From an uncultured Flavobacteriia bacterium (GTDB taxonomy: Bacteria > Bacteroidota > Bacteroidia > Flavobacteriales_D > Crocinitomicaceae), in contig CAIQQH010000100.1 of the NCBI GenBank assembly GCA_903873915.1, forward strand, positions 17,759 to 81,758: a stretch of 64,000 nt of DNA, in the 5' to 3' direction. Below, in pieces: positions 1 to 9,215 of this stretch. The position numbers were made by a program, and so were the translations under genes. The stretch's first letter is position 1. Each line of letters opens with the position of its first letter. A model generated the notes under the pieces. That model made no database searches, was not told where the DNA came from, and was given only the letters and a program-made list of their open reading frames with translations.

Positions 1-3000
1 TGGATGCTGTCATTTACAACGTCAATACAAGTACGCTAAACATTTCGAATCAGCAATTCATCTCCAATGGTCCCATGTTTTCCTTCCCGCCAAACTTGGA
101 AGAGGTACGGTCGATAACCTCGGCACCAAATGGAAAATACTACTTCCTCACCCACGATACCATTGGATACATCAATGACAACTTCACCCTTTGTCCAGAT
201 GGAAGCACAAGTTTTTTCAAGAACAACCATGGCATGGGCTTCGGCTACAAATGTGAGGATTTCCGCTACGACAATGCAGGAATCATGGCCATTCGCGCGG
301 ATGCCAATGCAGTGTATGTTCACCGTGGAAACCAACTTCAAAAACGATCACTTACAACGGGTGCTATTTTAGCAACTGTTGCCATACCCGGCGGAGCTTT
401 CAATAGTGTTTTCTTAGGTGGAAATCAAGTCACCAACAGTGGAATCGATGTAGACAACTGTGGAAATATTTATGTCGGATCGCAAACAGGTGTCTATAAA
501 TTCAACTCTAGTTTGGTGCAGCAAGCATTTTATGCCACAGCCTTCCGCGTGTATGATGTTGAAGTCAACTCAGCAGGAGAAATCATCGCTTGTGGTGGAA
601 CAGGGACATCAACAAACACCTCGCGCAGTGGTGGAGTTCAAACATTTGCAGCTTCGGCCTGTGCGCCAATTGCAACAACTTGTTGTGATGCAACAATCTG
701 TATCCCACAAAATGTCTGTGTCACTAGTGCTCCGATTACCTTAACAGCAGCCACTCCAGGTGGAACTTGGTCGGGTACAGGAGTGAATGCCGCTGGTGTT
801 TTCAATCCGGCAACGGCAGGTATTGGTGTACAGACCGTGACTTACACGCTCGCTTGTGGATCCGAAACCATCACCATCAATGTTGGCGCATGTGCCAACC
901 TTACCGTTTGTCAAGAGGCCAACGGCCAGCTCACTGTCTCCGGAGGAAGTCCAACCTATACATGGAGTCAAGGAACAACCACAACCACAACGACAACACC
1001 AGCCAACGCCGCGGAGTGCACCGCATGCGGTGGAACACCTCAGTACATTCCATTTTTCAACATTTACAATGGTTGTACTCCAACACAGTGCACGAATACA
1101 GTTACGACATGGACTGTCATAGGCACTGGGACAACGCAAACAATTACAACTTATCCAATTCAAATCACAGATGGCAATGGAACAGTCCTTGTTTTGACAA
1201 GCGCAGCCGGAATTCTTCCGTGCAACACCAATCCTTGTCCAACAATAAACGTGAGTTCTACAACAACACCAGTATCTTGTTTCGCTGGAACAAATGGTGC
1301 AGCTACGGCAACAGCCACGGGTGGAGCTGCAAATTACACCTACACATGGTCACCAGGGGGACTTACAGGTCCAACACAGAATAACCTCACGGCTGGAACC
1401 TACACCATCAATGTCACCGACGCCAACAATTGTCCAGGATCAACGACAGTAATCATCACTCAGCCTTCCGCTGCATTAAGCGTAACTGTCTCTGCAACGC
1501 CAACGGCTTGCGGCACGAACACTGGAACTGCATCTGCGACAGCTATAGGAGGAACAACAACATATTCATATGCGTGGACACCAAATGCGGGATCAGGGTC
1601 AACAATATCGAACCTTGCAGCGGGAAGTTATGGTGTCGTGGTAACAGATGCAAATGGATGTACAGCAAATGGAAATGCAACAGTAAACACGAACAACGGT
1701 CCAAGCATTTCACTTGTGAATTCATCTAACGTTACTTGCTTTGGTTCAAACAATGGTTCAGCGACAGTTTCGGCTACTGGTGGAACAGGAACATTAACAT
1801 ATGCTTGGTCGCCGGGTGGGTTGACAGGTGCTTCTCAAAATGCACTGGCACCAAATACCTACACAGTAACGGTCACAGATGGTGGAGGATGCTCCAACTC
1901 AACAACGGTAATTATTACAAGTCCAACGGCAATAGCCATCACAACAAGTAACATTACTCCAGCGAACTGCGGTGTGAGCAATGGCTCCGCTACAATTGCG
2001 GTAACCGGAGGGACAGGAACATACACCTACAACTGGCTGCCAGCTGGTGGTTCAGGACTTACAGCGAATAATATTCCTGCAGGTGTTTACACGGTGACTG
2101 TCCAAGATCAAAACGGATGTACGGCAAGTGCCAATGTGGTTGTCACCAATTTGGGAGGTCCTACTGTTAGCATTTCTAATTCAACCAACGTCAGCTGCTT
2201 TGGAGGCAACAATGGATCAGCCACAGTTTCTGCAACGGGTGGAAGCACACCTTACACCTATGCATGGACACCAAGTGGAGGGTCGGGAGCTACTGCGGCA
2301 GGACTGACAGCAGGGGTATATACTGTTGCAGTAACAGACGCTTCAGGATGTATAAGTTCAGCAACGGCAACGATCACTGCTCCGAATGCCATCACGATTA
2401 CAGAAACCATCACCAATGATGATTGTGCAAACCCTGGAAGTGGCCAGATCTCGACGGTAGCATCCAACGGAACAGCTCCTTACACCTATTCATGGTCCAA
2501 TTCAGCGAGTGGGTCTACCATTTCCAATTTGGCTGGAAACACTTCCTATACGGTAACCGTCACGGATGCAAATGGTTGCTCAAGCACAGAAACATACCCA
2601 CTTGGATTGTTAGGCAACCTCAATGTTGTTGCTTCTGGGACACCGACGAGCATCCTACAAGGGGAAACCGCGCAGCTCTTAGCAACGGGCGCAACAAGCT
2701 ATACTTGGACGCCAGCAACAAATTTATCTTGTGTTACATGTGCTACGCCTATCGCTACTCCAAATGTAACAACGACATACATTGTAGCTGGAACTGATCC
2801 GTCGGGATGTACGGGCGTTGATACGGTCACGATCTTCGTTCAAACCATATGTGGAGATCTTTACATTCCAACCGCATTCTCACCAAATGGAGGCGGTCCT
2901 TCACAAAACAACACCTTGTGTATTTATGGGAATTGCATCACCTCTCTGAATTATGCTGTATATGACCGTTGGGGAGAGAAAGTATTTGAAACTACCGAAG

Positions 3001-3134
3001 TCAATCAGCAATGTTGGGATGGAACGTTCCGAGGTAAAGAGCTGAATTCAGGCATTTATGCATACAAAATTCGAGTGACACTCACCGATGGTACTTACGT
3101 AGAGGAATCGGGTAATTTAACTTTACTGCGCTAA
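1..3134 (+). CDS. Large secreted cell-surface protein (5'-partial): beta-rich N-terminal region, poly-Thr linker, ~7 SprB-type repeats, T9SS type-B (gliding-motility-associated) C-terminal sorting domain
   Basis: ORF-track ORF 75..3134. The same frame has no stop between nt 3 and 75 (DAVIYNVNTSTLNISNQQFISNGP-M...), so the gene probably starts upstream of the window. Repeats show C-F-G-x-N-G-S-A-T-V-S-A-T-G-G-x-x-x-Y-T-Y-x-W-x-P ... Y-T-V-T-V-T-D-x-x-G-C. C-terminus IPTAFSPNGGG...YAVYDRWGEKVFE...CWDGT...GIYAYKIRV...GNLTLLR fits the type-B T9SS CTD pattern. A PorP/SprF gene follows after an 18-nt gap. Confidence 0.85.
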   Translation, partial: DAVIYNVNTSTLNISNQQFISNGPMFSFPPNLEEVRSITSAPNGKYYFLTHDTIGYINDNFTLCPDGSTSFFKNNHGMGFGYKCEDFRYDNAGIMAIRADANAVYVHRGNQLQKRSLTTGAILATVAIPGGAFNSVFLGGNQVTNSGIDVDNCGNIYVGSQTGVYKFNSSLVQQAFYATAFRVYDVEVNSAGEIIACGGTGTSTNTSRSGGVQTFAASACAPIATTCCDATICIPQNVCVTSAPITLTAATPGGTWSGTGVNAAGVFNPATAGIGVQTVTYTLACGSETITINVGACANLTVCQEANGQLTVSGGSPTYTWSQGTTTTTTTTPANAAECTACGGTPQYIPFFNIYNGCTPTQCTNTVTTWTVIGTGTTQTITTYPIQITDGNGTVLVLTSAAGILPCNTNPCPTINVSSTTTPVSCFAGTNGAATATATGGAANYTYTWSPGGLTGPTQNNLTAGTYTINVTDANNCPGSTTVIITQPSAALSVTVSATPTACGTNTGTASATAIGGTTTYSYAWTPNAGSGSTISNLAAGSYGVVVTDANGCTANGNATVNTNNGPSISLVNSSNVTCFGSNNGSATVSATGGTGTLTYAWSPGGLTGASQNALAPNTYTVTVTDGGGCSNSTTVIITSPTAIAITTSNITPANCGVSNGSATIAVTGGTGTYTYNWLPAGGSGLTANNIPAGVYTVTVQDQNGCTASANVVVTNLGGPTVSISNSTNVSCFGGNNGSATVSATGGSTPYTYAWTPSGGSGATAAGLTAGVYTVAVTDASGCISSATATITAPNAITITETITNDDCANPGSGQISTVASNGTAPYTYSWSNSASGSTISNLAGNTSYTVTVTDANGCSSTETYPLGLLGNLNVVASGTPTSILQGETAQLLATGATSYTWTPATNLSCVTCATPIATPNVTTTYIVAGTDPSGCTGVDTVTIFVQTICGDLYIPTAFSPNGGGPSQNNTLCIYGNCITSLNYAVYDRWGEKVFETTEVNQQCWDGTFRGKELNSGIYAYKIRVTLTDGTYVEESGNLTLLR
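1230..2585 (+). repeat. Array of ~7 tandem ~75-aa (about 225-nt) SprB-type repeat units inside the adhesin CDS
   Basis: Periodic recurrence of ...(C)(F/G)G.NG.A...ATGG...YTY.W.P.G..G......L.AG.YTV.VTD.NGC... from PCPTINVSS (nt ~1230) to ...TVTVTDANGC (nt ~2580). Units are diverged at the DNA level. Confidence 0.8.
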
Positions 3135-3152
3135 ACAATACAATTAAAAACT

Positions 3153-4187
3153 ATGAATTCATTCGTAAAATACGCGTTGGCAATTCTTCCAATTTATTTT
3201 GGAAGTGCAGTTGCTCAGGATGTCCATTTCTCGCACATGGAATATTCACCCCTTTCGTTGAATCCAGCTTTGGCAGGTGCAAATTCGCCCATGCAAGGAA
3301 TCGTGAATTACCGCAGTCAGTGGAATTCTGTTGCCGTTCCCTACCAAACCATTGCGGCTTCTTTTGATGCCCGTTTGAACGAAAAGAAACGCCGCAAAAA
3401 AGGAATCATGGCTGCGGGTCTAAGTTTTTTCAATGACCAAGCAGGAGAGATGAAAGTAAAAACAACGAGCGTTAATCTTTCATTGGCCTATCACCTTATT
3501 ATCGATAGAAAAAGCACCATTGGTCTAGGTTTGTATACTGGCTTTGGTCAACGATCACTAGATCCAAATGGAGGACGTTGGGGAAGCCAATACAACGGCA
3601 CAAGCTACGATGCATCGTTGGCGACGGGCGAGACATTCAATTCAGCATCATTCATGTACCTCGATGCAGGAACGGGGGTCGTTTACACGTACAAAGAGAA
3701 ACAAGGGTATATCACTCAAAATGACCAACGTGCCATCAACGCGGGATTAGCTGTGTACCATTTAAATCGTCCAGGATATTCATTCATCGATAAAAGTTCA
3801 GAGAACCTTCACATGCGCTGGTCGGCTTTCATCAATGCAGAAATTGGACTGCGCAACTCCCGTGCATCTTTGATGCCTGGAATTTATTTCCAACGTCAAA
3901 AATCAACCATGGAAATTCTTTATGGGCTATACTATAAATATCTGCTCAGCGAAGGGTCAAAAGCCACGGGATTTACTCGTCCAGCAGCAGTGTACTTTGG
4001 TTTGTTTCACCGATTCAACGACGCTTTAGTTGGGAAGTTTATGTTTGAGTGGGACCAATTTTCAACCGGATTTGCGTACGACATCAATGTGTCAAGCTTA
4101 ACAACTGTGTCCAAAGCACGCGGTGGATTTGAGCTTTTCCTTCGTTTCAACATGGGCGATGGAGGTGGATTCAGAGCGAGAATCTAA
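3153..4187 (+). CDS. PorP/SprF-family type IX secretion system outer-membrane protein
   Basis: Signal peptide followed by AQDVHFSHMEYSPLSLNPALAGA, the characteristic PorP/SprF N-terminal motif (QD.hFSq...lNPA.aG). Size 344 aa. Lies immediately downstream of a type-B CTD cargo gene, the classic sprB-sprF arrangement. Confidence 0.85.
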   Translation: MNSFVKYALAILPIYFGSAVAQDVHFSHMEYSPLSLNPALAGANSPMQGIVNYRSQWNSVAVPYQTIAASFDARLNEKKRRKKGIMAAGLSFFNDQAGEMKVKTTSVNLSLAYHLIIDRKSTIGLGLYTGFGQRSLDPNGGRWGSQYNGTSYDASLATGETFNSASFMYLDAGTGVVYTYKEKQGYITQNDQRAINAGLAVYHLNRPGYSFIDKSSENLHMRWSAFINAEIGLRNSRASLMPGIYFQRQKSTMEILYGLYYKYLLSEGSKATGFTRPAAVYFGLFHRFNDALVGKFMFEWDQFSTGFAYDINVSSLTTVSKARGGFELFLRFNMGDGGGFRARI

Positions 4188-4196
4188 GCCCGAAGT

Positions 4197-4715
4197 CTAT
4201 CCTTGCTTCATTTTATCGACCATACCTGTTGTTGAAAATCCATCCACGATTTCAACAACACAGACCTCTCCTCCATTTTTTCGAACGAAATCTGATCCTA
4301 CAATGTATGTCTTTGCTGCAGCATCCGTTTCATTCGGATCGTAATCTGCACCCTTGACGAGTACATCTGGTTCGAGCGCGTGAATGACTACTTCTGGAGT
4401 ATCCTCATTAAAAATTACGACCATGTCAACCACACCGAGAGAAGCCAAAACAAAGGCTCGTGCATCTTCGGGATTTATAGGTCGGTTACTGCCTTTTTCT
4501 AATCGTCTTACCGAATCATCCGAATTGATTCCGACAACCAAATGATTGCCAAGTTCAGCTGATTTGGCTAAATAGGTGACATGTCCTTTGTGTAACACAT
4601 CAAAACAACCGTTGGTAAATACCACTTTATTCCCTTTCATATGCCACATCGCCATACTGCGTTGCGCCTCTTCAATGGTAACGATTTTTGATTCAATCGC
4701 GCGGAGTCTGCTCAT
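4197..4715 (-). CDS. rfaE2: D-glycero-beta-D-manno-heptose 1-phosphate adenylyltransferase (RfaE domain II-like cytidylyltransferase)
   Basis: VVFTNGCFDVLHKGHVTYL nucleotidyltransferase HxGH motif. Size (~170 aa) and overall pattern typical of RfaE domain II. Overlaps the stop of the upstream gene by 23 nt. Confidence 0.75.
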   Translation of the reverse strand: MSRLRAIESKIVTIEEAQRSMAMWHMKGNKVVFTNGCFDVLHKGHVTYLAKSAELGNHLVVGINSDDSVRRLEKGSNRPINPEDARAFVLASLGVVDMVVIFNEDTPEVVIHALEPDVLVKGADYDPNETDAAAKTYIVGSDFVRKNGGEVCVVEIVDGFSTTGMVDKMKQG

Positions 4716-5727
4716 CTTCGTTTTGGTAGTTTTTCGGTAAAAGGACCAAAGAAATCAATCCCAAGATAATCATCAACAAGGTTTGTGACACCCAAATTAA
4801 CATCCCCAAGGCATTTCCAATTGCTTGAGCATCATCTGGATAGTCATCACTGATATAAAACGCTACCACCAAACCCACCAACAAAGGATAGGTGCCAATT
4901 CCTCCATTGGTAAATGTGATCCCAAGTGCCCCTGCAATGAATCCAAGCATAATGCCTTGGATGTGAATGCCTGATGTTTGCTCTAAAGCTTGAAAAGGCA
5001 AAGCAAACATAGCCACATAGGCACCCCAAATTATGAGGGTATGTAAGACATAAGCAAAAGGTGATTTCGATCGAAAAATCGAGAATACACCAGCAAAAAC
5101 TTCCTTGATAAAATTGAGCAGTCGTGCACGAAACTGTGGCTTGAAGAGGACCAAATAAGCGAACACTGCCCCAAGCGCTAAAATCACTCCGTAAATGACC
5201 AATTTCCATGGAAATCCACCTTTTGCAGCTGCTGATCCACCAAATGAGTCAATGATTTGCTGTTTAATTGCTAAAAAATCATCGTAGGCCATGAAAGCCG
5301 TAAGAAAAGCAATCGAACAAAGCATCGCGAAATCTACAGCGCGTTCAGCGATAATTGTTCCGAATGATTTGGCAAATGGCACTCCGTCAGAACGATAAAG
5401 CATGGCAGAACGAGACGCCTCACCTGCTCTTGGTATGGTCATGTTCACAATGTAACCAATCATAACTGCGTGATAGCGATTGCTAAATTTAGTTTTATAT
5501 CCTAAAGGTTCGAGCACATATTTCCACCGATACGCACGAGAAAAATAAGCGCCTACACCAAGCAACAAAGAAAGAACAATCCAAAAATAGTTGGCTTCGC
5601 GAATGGCCTTATAAAAAAGTGTTTTGGACTCAGGAGACATGCTGGAAAAGAAGATCCAAATCAAATACACCCCTAACAAAAGCGGAAGGACCGTTTTAAC
5701 AAAAGTCAAGATGGCCTTCTTTCCCAT
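4693..5727 (-). CDS. Polytopic membrane protein, flippase-like / lysyl-phosphatidylglycerol-synthase TM-domain (UPF0104) family
   Basis: About 8 hydrophobic helices, Lys-rich N-terminus MGKKAILTFVKTVLPLLLGVYLIW, RAYRWKY loop. Family assignment is from memory of similar proteins next to panD in Flavobacteriia and is not verified. Confidence 0.5.
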   Translation of the reverse strand: MGKKAILTFVKTVLPLLLGVYLIWIFFSSMSPESKTLFYKAIREANYFWIVLSLLLGVGAYFSRAYRWKYVLEPLGYKTKFSNRYHAVMIGYIVNMTIPRAGEASRSAMLYRSDGVPFAKSFGTIIAERAVDFAMLCSIAFLTAFMAYDDFLAIKQQIIDSFGGSAAAKGGFPWKLVIYGVILALGAVFAYLVLFKPQFRARLLNFIKEVFAGVFSIFRSKSPFAYVLHTLIIWGAYVAMFALPFQALEQTSGIHIQGIMLGFIAGALGITFTNGGIGTYPLLVGLVVAFYISDDYPDDAQAIGNALGMLIWVSQTLLMIILGLISLVLLPKNYQNEDEQTPRD

Positions 5728-5730
5728 GGT

Positions 5731-6081
5731 TTAAAGTATAAAGTTTGTTTCTTCGTCAGGGAAGACCAATGAAGGTTTAAAGTTTTTCGCTTCTTCGAAA
5801 TCCATTAGCGCATACCCAATGATGATCACTATATCGCCCATCGCCACTTTTCGTGCTGCGGGACCATTGAGACAAATCGTTCCAGAACGACGTGCTCCTT
5901 TGATCACATAGGTCTCCAAACGTTCGCCATTATTGAGATTAACAATTTGCACTTTCTCACCTTCTATCAAGTTCGCAGCATCCATTAATTCTTCATCAAT
6001 GGTGACGCTTCCAATATAATTGAGATCTGCCTGGGTAACTTTTACCCTGTGGATCTTTGATTTTACAACCTGTATGAGCAT
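5731..6081 (-). CDS. panD: Aspartate 1-decarboxylase
   Basis: [33 protein letters not shown]... with the Gly-Ser self-processing site (YIGSVTID) and ...ICLNGPAAR.... Start moved from 6129 to ATG 6081 because a TAnnTTTG box (6100..6107) lies inside the longer ORF. Confidence 0.9.
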   Translation of the reverse strand: MLIQVVKSKIHRVKVTQADLNYIGSVTIDEELMDAANLIEGEKVQIVNLNNGERLETYVIKGARRSGTICLNGPAARKVAMGDIVIIIGYALMDFEEAKNFKPSLVFPDEETNFIL

Positions 6082-6099
6082 TCTTTTTCGAAATTGGGG

Positions 6100-6107
6100 C
6101 AAAGTTA
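6100..6107 (-). promoter_or_regulatory. Bacteroidota-type -7 promoter box (TAACTTTG on the minus strand) for panD
   Basis: Plus strand CAAAGTTA is the reverse complement of TAnnTTTG. Lies 18 nt upstream of ATG 6081. Confidence 0.4.
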
Positions 6108-6141
6108 AATGAATTTTATCATGCACCAAGCACTTGTACGA

Positions 6142-6984
6142 TCACAGAGCAAGATTGTCGATGAGACGTACATCTTCACAATGCGCTGCAATGCAACAGA
6201 CAGAATGATCTGACCAATGATTTGTAAGGGTCGTTAAACTATTGGCATCGACTATTTCAAGGTATTCCAAGGACAAATTTCCCTTTGAAAAATAAGCATT
6301 ACCCAGTTCCATGACTTTGCTAGGTGTTGCATCATGCCCTAAATTTTTCATGTAGTTTAAAGTTTGGCTAATGATCAAGGCATGCGACCGTCCTTGGTCC
6401 GACAAACGCACATTGCGGCTGCTCAAAGCCAAGCCATTCACTGATCGGTGTGTAGGACAAGAAATGATTTCGGTGGTGAAGCTCAGTAGCACGACCATTC
6501 GGCGAATTACAGCCAACTGCTGAAAATCCTTTTCTCCAAAATAAGCCCGATGAGGTTGGACAATGTTAAACAGGTTGCGAACCACATGCACTACGCCTTG
6601 AAAATGCCCTGGCCGATAGGCTCCTTCGAGTCTTGTATCCAAGCAATTAAGATCTATTGGTTCAAAAAAATCATTTTTCGGGTAGATGTCCTCAACACTT
6701 GGAGCAAAAACAATCACTCGATCAAAAACAGAAAGGAGCTCAAGGTCAGTCCTTAGGTTTCTTGGGTAATTGCTTAAATCGGAAGCGTTATTGAACTGTG
6801 TTGGGTTCACAAAAATACTTACAACAACCAAAGAGTTTTCATCTAAAGCCTTGTTTACCAGGGATAAATGTCCTTCGTGCAAGGCACCCATTGTTGGAAC
6901 GAAACCCACCGTTCCCGTCATTTTAGCCGTTGAGATAACGCTACTTAATACATGTGCTGTTGTGTAAACAGTGGGCATTCCCAT
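6142..6984 (-). CDS. panC: Pantoate--beta-alanine ligase
   Basis: VGFVPTMGALHEGHLSLV signature (HxGH-class nucleotidyltransferase). 280 aa. Adjacent to panD. Confidence 0.9.
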   Translation of the reverse strand: MGMPTVYTTAHVLSSVISTAKMTGTVGFVPTMGALHEGHLSLVNKALDENSLVVVSIFVNPTQFNNASDLSNYPRNLRTDLELLSVFDRVIVFAPSVEDIYPKNDFFEPIDLNCLDTRLEGAYRPGHFQGVVHVVRNLFNIVQPHRAYFGEKDFQQLAVIRRMVVLLSFTTEIISCPTHRSVNGLALSSRNVRLSDQGRSHALIISQTLNYMKNLGHDATPSKVMELGNAYFSKGNLSLEYLEIVDANSLTTLTNHWSDHSVCCIAAHCEDVRLIDNLAL

Positions 6985-7008
6985 ACCTTCAAGTTCGTGT
7001 CAAATCGA

Positions 7009-7016
7009 CAAATCTA
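7009..7016 (-). promoter_or_regulatory. -7 promoter box (TAGATTTG on the minus strand) for panC
   Basis: Plus strand CAAATCTA, 24 nt upstream of ATG 6984, in the divergent intergenic region. Confidence 0.4.
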
Positions 7017-7049
7017 TCCGTTTTTGACCAAGGTCCCCTTTTTTTTCTA

Positions 7050-7057
7050 TATTTTTG
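7050..7057 (+). promoter_or_regulatory. -7 promoter box TATTTTTG for the glycogen-synthase-like gene
   Basis: Exact TAnnTTTG 27 nt upstream of ATG 7085. A TTTG lies at 7023..7026 (spacer 23 nt, slightly long). Confidence 0.4.
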
Positions 7058-7084
7058 TAAAGTTTTTACGAATTTAAACCTTGC

Positions 7085-7906
7085 ATGGAGAAAAAAAAGA
7101 TACTATTTGTATCACAGGAAATCTTCCCCTTCCTACCGAAATCTGAGATTTCATCGACTGCCAGAAGACTGCCGCAAGGAATCCAAGAGGCCGGGAAAGA
7201 AATTAGAGTGTTTGCCCCGCGTTTTGGGAGCATCAACGAACGTCGTCACCAACTCCATGAGGTGATTCGTTTGTCAGGAATGAATCTAATTATTGACGAT
7301 ACCGATCACCCATTGATCATCAAGGTAGCATCGATTTCCGCAGCGCGAATGCAAGTTTATTTTATTGATAACGACGAGTTTTTCAAAAGAAAAAACAACA
7401 TTGCAGACGACAATGAAGTACCCTATGCAGACAATGACGAACGATCAATGTTCTTTTGTCGTGGGGTATTGGAAACGGTGAAAAAACTAGGGTGGCAGCC
7501 AGACATCATTCATTGCCATGGCTGGATGACCGCGCCAATGCCTTTGTATATCAAGCAATTGTACAACAAGGATCCTCATTTCGCGAACACAAAAGTTGTG
7601 TATAGTTTGTACGACGAAGGGTTTAACAAAAATTGGGACCCACGTTTTGCGGATAAACTTAAATTTGATGGCCTCGGAGAAGGGGTTACAAACCTGCTTT
7701 CCGAAACAGATTTTGCCAATATCACCCGTGTGGCGGTTCAACTTTCAGACGGCGTAAACATCTCGAGTGAAGCGCTATCTCCTGAATTGCAAAGCATATT
7801 CGATGACGCGACTTGTGCAAAACAAGCCTACGTTGCTGAAGAACTGCAGGTGAAAGTGCTGTCTGAGTTTTTTGATAAAATAATTGACGAAAGTACCACA
7901 CATTAA
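7085..7906 (+). CDS. Short glycogen/starch-synthase-like protein (GT5 N-terminal catalytic-domain type)
   Basis: KILFVSQEIFPFLPKSEISSTARRLPQGIQEAGKEIRVFAPRFG... and ...PDIIHCHGWMTAPMPLY resemble the N-terminal half of GlgA. Only 273 aa, a short form I recall as conserved next to panC in Flavobacteriia. Confidence 0.6.
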   Translation: MEKKKILFVSQEIFPFLPKSEISSTARRLPQGIQEAGKEIRVFAPRFGSINERRHQLHEVIRLSGMNLIIDDTDHPLIIKVASISAARMQVYFIDNDEFFKRKNNIADDNEVPYADNDERSMFFCRGVLETVKKLGWQPDIIHCHGWMTAPMPLYIKQLYNKDPHFANTKVVYSLYDEGFNKNWDPRFADKLKFDGLGEGVTNLLSETDFANITRVAVQLSDGVNISSEALSPELQSIFDDATCAKQAYVAEELQVKVLSEFFDKIIDESTTH

Positions 7907-7908
7907 AC

Positions 7909-9210
7909 ATGGTCAAGTACCACGCTACATTTCATCGTTTCTTCCTTAAAGCAAGCTTCATTGCCTTTTTTGCGCTATTACTTTTGGCGTGTAAGAAGAA
8001 AGAAAATGGTTTGGGACAAGATGTACTTGACCCCAATAGTTTATTGAATTCGTTGCAGGTTGATACCTTTGAATTGCAGACCTTCACATATACTGAAGAT
8101 TCCATTATTTCCGACAACCCGGCATATGCCGTTTTAGGTTCGTACAACGACCCCAACTTCGGTACTGTTAATGCTGGTTTTTACACTCAATTTAGGTTGT
8201 CTGGTGTGAACCCCAACTTTGGAAACTTAGCAGAGATTACCATCGACTCCATCGTGCTTGGCCTAGAATACCGTGGATTTTATGGTGAGTTTAGCGCCCA
8301 AAATCTTGAGGTTTTTGAAGTTTCCGAAAGCTTTTATTTGGATTCAACATATTATGCTTTTGATCAGCTCAATACCTTTTCCACTAATCTCGTGGAACCA
8401 GGAACGGAGTCGTTTATACCAAATCCCAATGATGTCACTGTCATTGGTGTTGACACTGTTGATACCCAGTTGCGCATTCATTTGAAAAAATCACTCGCAC
8501 AACGCTTTTTGTACGAGGCAGTGACCGGTGGAAGCAATTTTTCATCCAATGACAACTTTTTGACCTATTTCAAAGGACTTAAGGTTCGCGTCAACAATCC
8601 GCCACAAGCTTCCGGCAAAGGAGGAGTGTTCTACTTCGATTTGAACGACCCATTGTCCAAAATGACCATTTATTACACCAAAGGCGATAGCAAGAAGACC
8701 TTTGACTTTTTGATCAATTCGGAGTGTGCAGATTTCAATCACGTCGACGTTGACAACTCAGGGAAGCCAGTACAAAATGTCATCAATGACACCCTTTCTG
8801 GGCAGAAGGAATTTTATGCACAATCTTTTAAAAGTCGCGCTGTGGTGAACATTCCAGGAATTAAAAACATACCCAAAAAAGCCGTTATTCACAATGCCCA
8901 ATTGATCCTGCCCATTCAACATCAAACAGGTTCAAAATATTACCCTGGCGATGATTTGTCCGTATCCATTCGAGTCGATGGTGCCTTGGGTGGTATAGGT
9001 GTGTTTGGTGTATATGACCTATACAAAAAGCAATACACGGTAGATATCCGAAACTTTGTTCAGGCCCTCATCGCAGGCGACATTAGTACCACAGAGCTTA
9101 TACTTTCTCCTCGCTTTTTCATCAATTCTGCCGATAGAATTATTTTCAACGGTCCAGAAACCATCAACAAAATGCGGCCTCGTGTCGTACTTACTTACAC
9201 TGAATTCTAA
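7909..9210 (+). CDS. Lipoprotein, DUF4270-like
   Basis: Lipobox LLLAC, then GLGQDVLDPNSLLN...VLGSYNDPNFGTVNAGFYTQF, which matches my recollection of DUF4270. Synteny (glycogen synthase-like gene, DUF4270, glmS) is typical of Flavobacteriia. Confidence 0.5.
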   Translation: MVKYHATFHRFFLKASFIAFFALLLLACKKKENGLGQDVLDPNSLLNSLQVDTFELQTFTYTEDSIISDNPAYAVLGSYNDPNFGTVNAGFYTQFRLSGVNPNFGNLAEITIDSIVLGLEYRGFYGEFSAQNLEVFEVSESFYLDSTYYAFDQLNTFSTNLVEPGTESFIPNPNDVTVIGVDTVDTQLRIHLKKSLAQRFLYEAVTGGSNFSSNDNFLTYFKGLKVRVNNPPQASGKGGVFYFDLNDPLSKMTIYYTKGDSKKTFDFLINSECADFNHVDVDNSGKPVQNVINDTLSGQKEFYAQSFKSRAVVNIPGIKNIPKKAVIHNAQLILPIQHQTGSKYYPGDDLSVSIRVDGALGGIGVFGVYDLYKKQYTVDIRNFVQALIAGDISTTELILSPRFFINSADRIIFNGPETINKMRPRVVLTYTEF

Positions 9211-9215
9211 TACTT

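Noticed and set aside
741-1384. Overlapping and antisense ORFs of 88-205 aa inside the adhesin gene, with similar ones inside hppA, the AsmA-like gene, the amidohydrolase genes and the T9SS cargo genes
   Set aside because: They lie entirely within much longer ORFs that carry clear family motifs. They have biased, low-complexity translations caused by the Thr/Gly/Asn-rich repeats (or by stop-poor antisense frames). They have no independent start context.
7088-7100. Homopolymer runs considered as phase-variation switches: A8 just after the ATG at 7085, T8 at 7039..7046, A8 before ATG 20762, A9 at 46052..46060
   Set aside because: Runs of 8-9 A/T are expected in AT-rich Lys codons and promoter regions. 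The genes involved are housekeeping-type, and there is no evidence of alternative frames giving functional products.
7085-7906. 273-aa glycogen-synthase-like gene considered as a truncated pseudogene
   Set aside because: The ORF is intact with its own promoter box, and the next gene starts 3 nt after its stop. I recall this short form as a conserved gene in this position in Flavobacteriia. No remnant of a C-terminal GT5 half is visible downstream.
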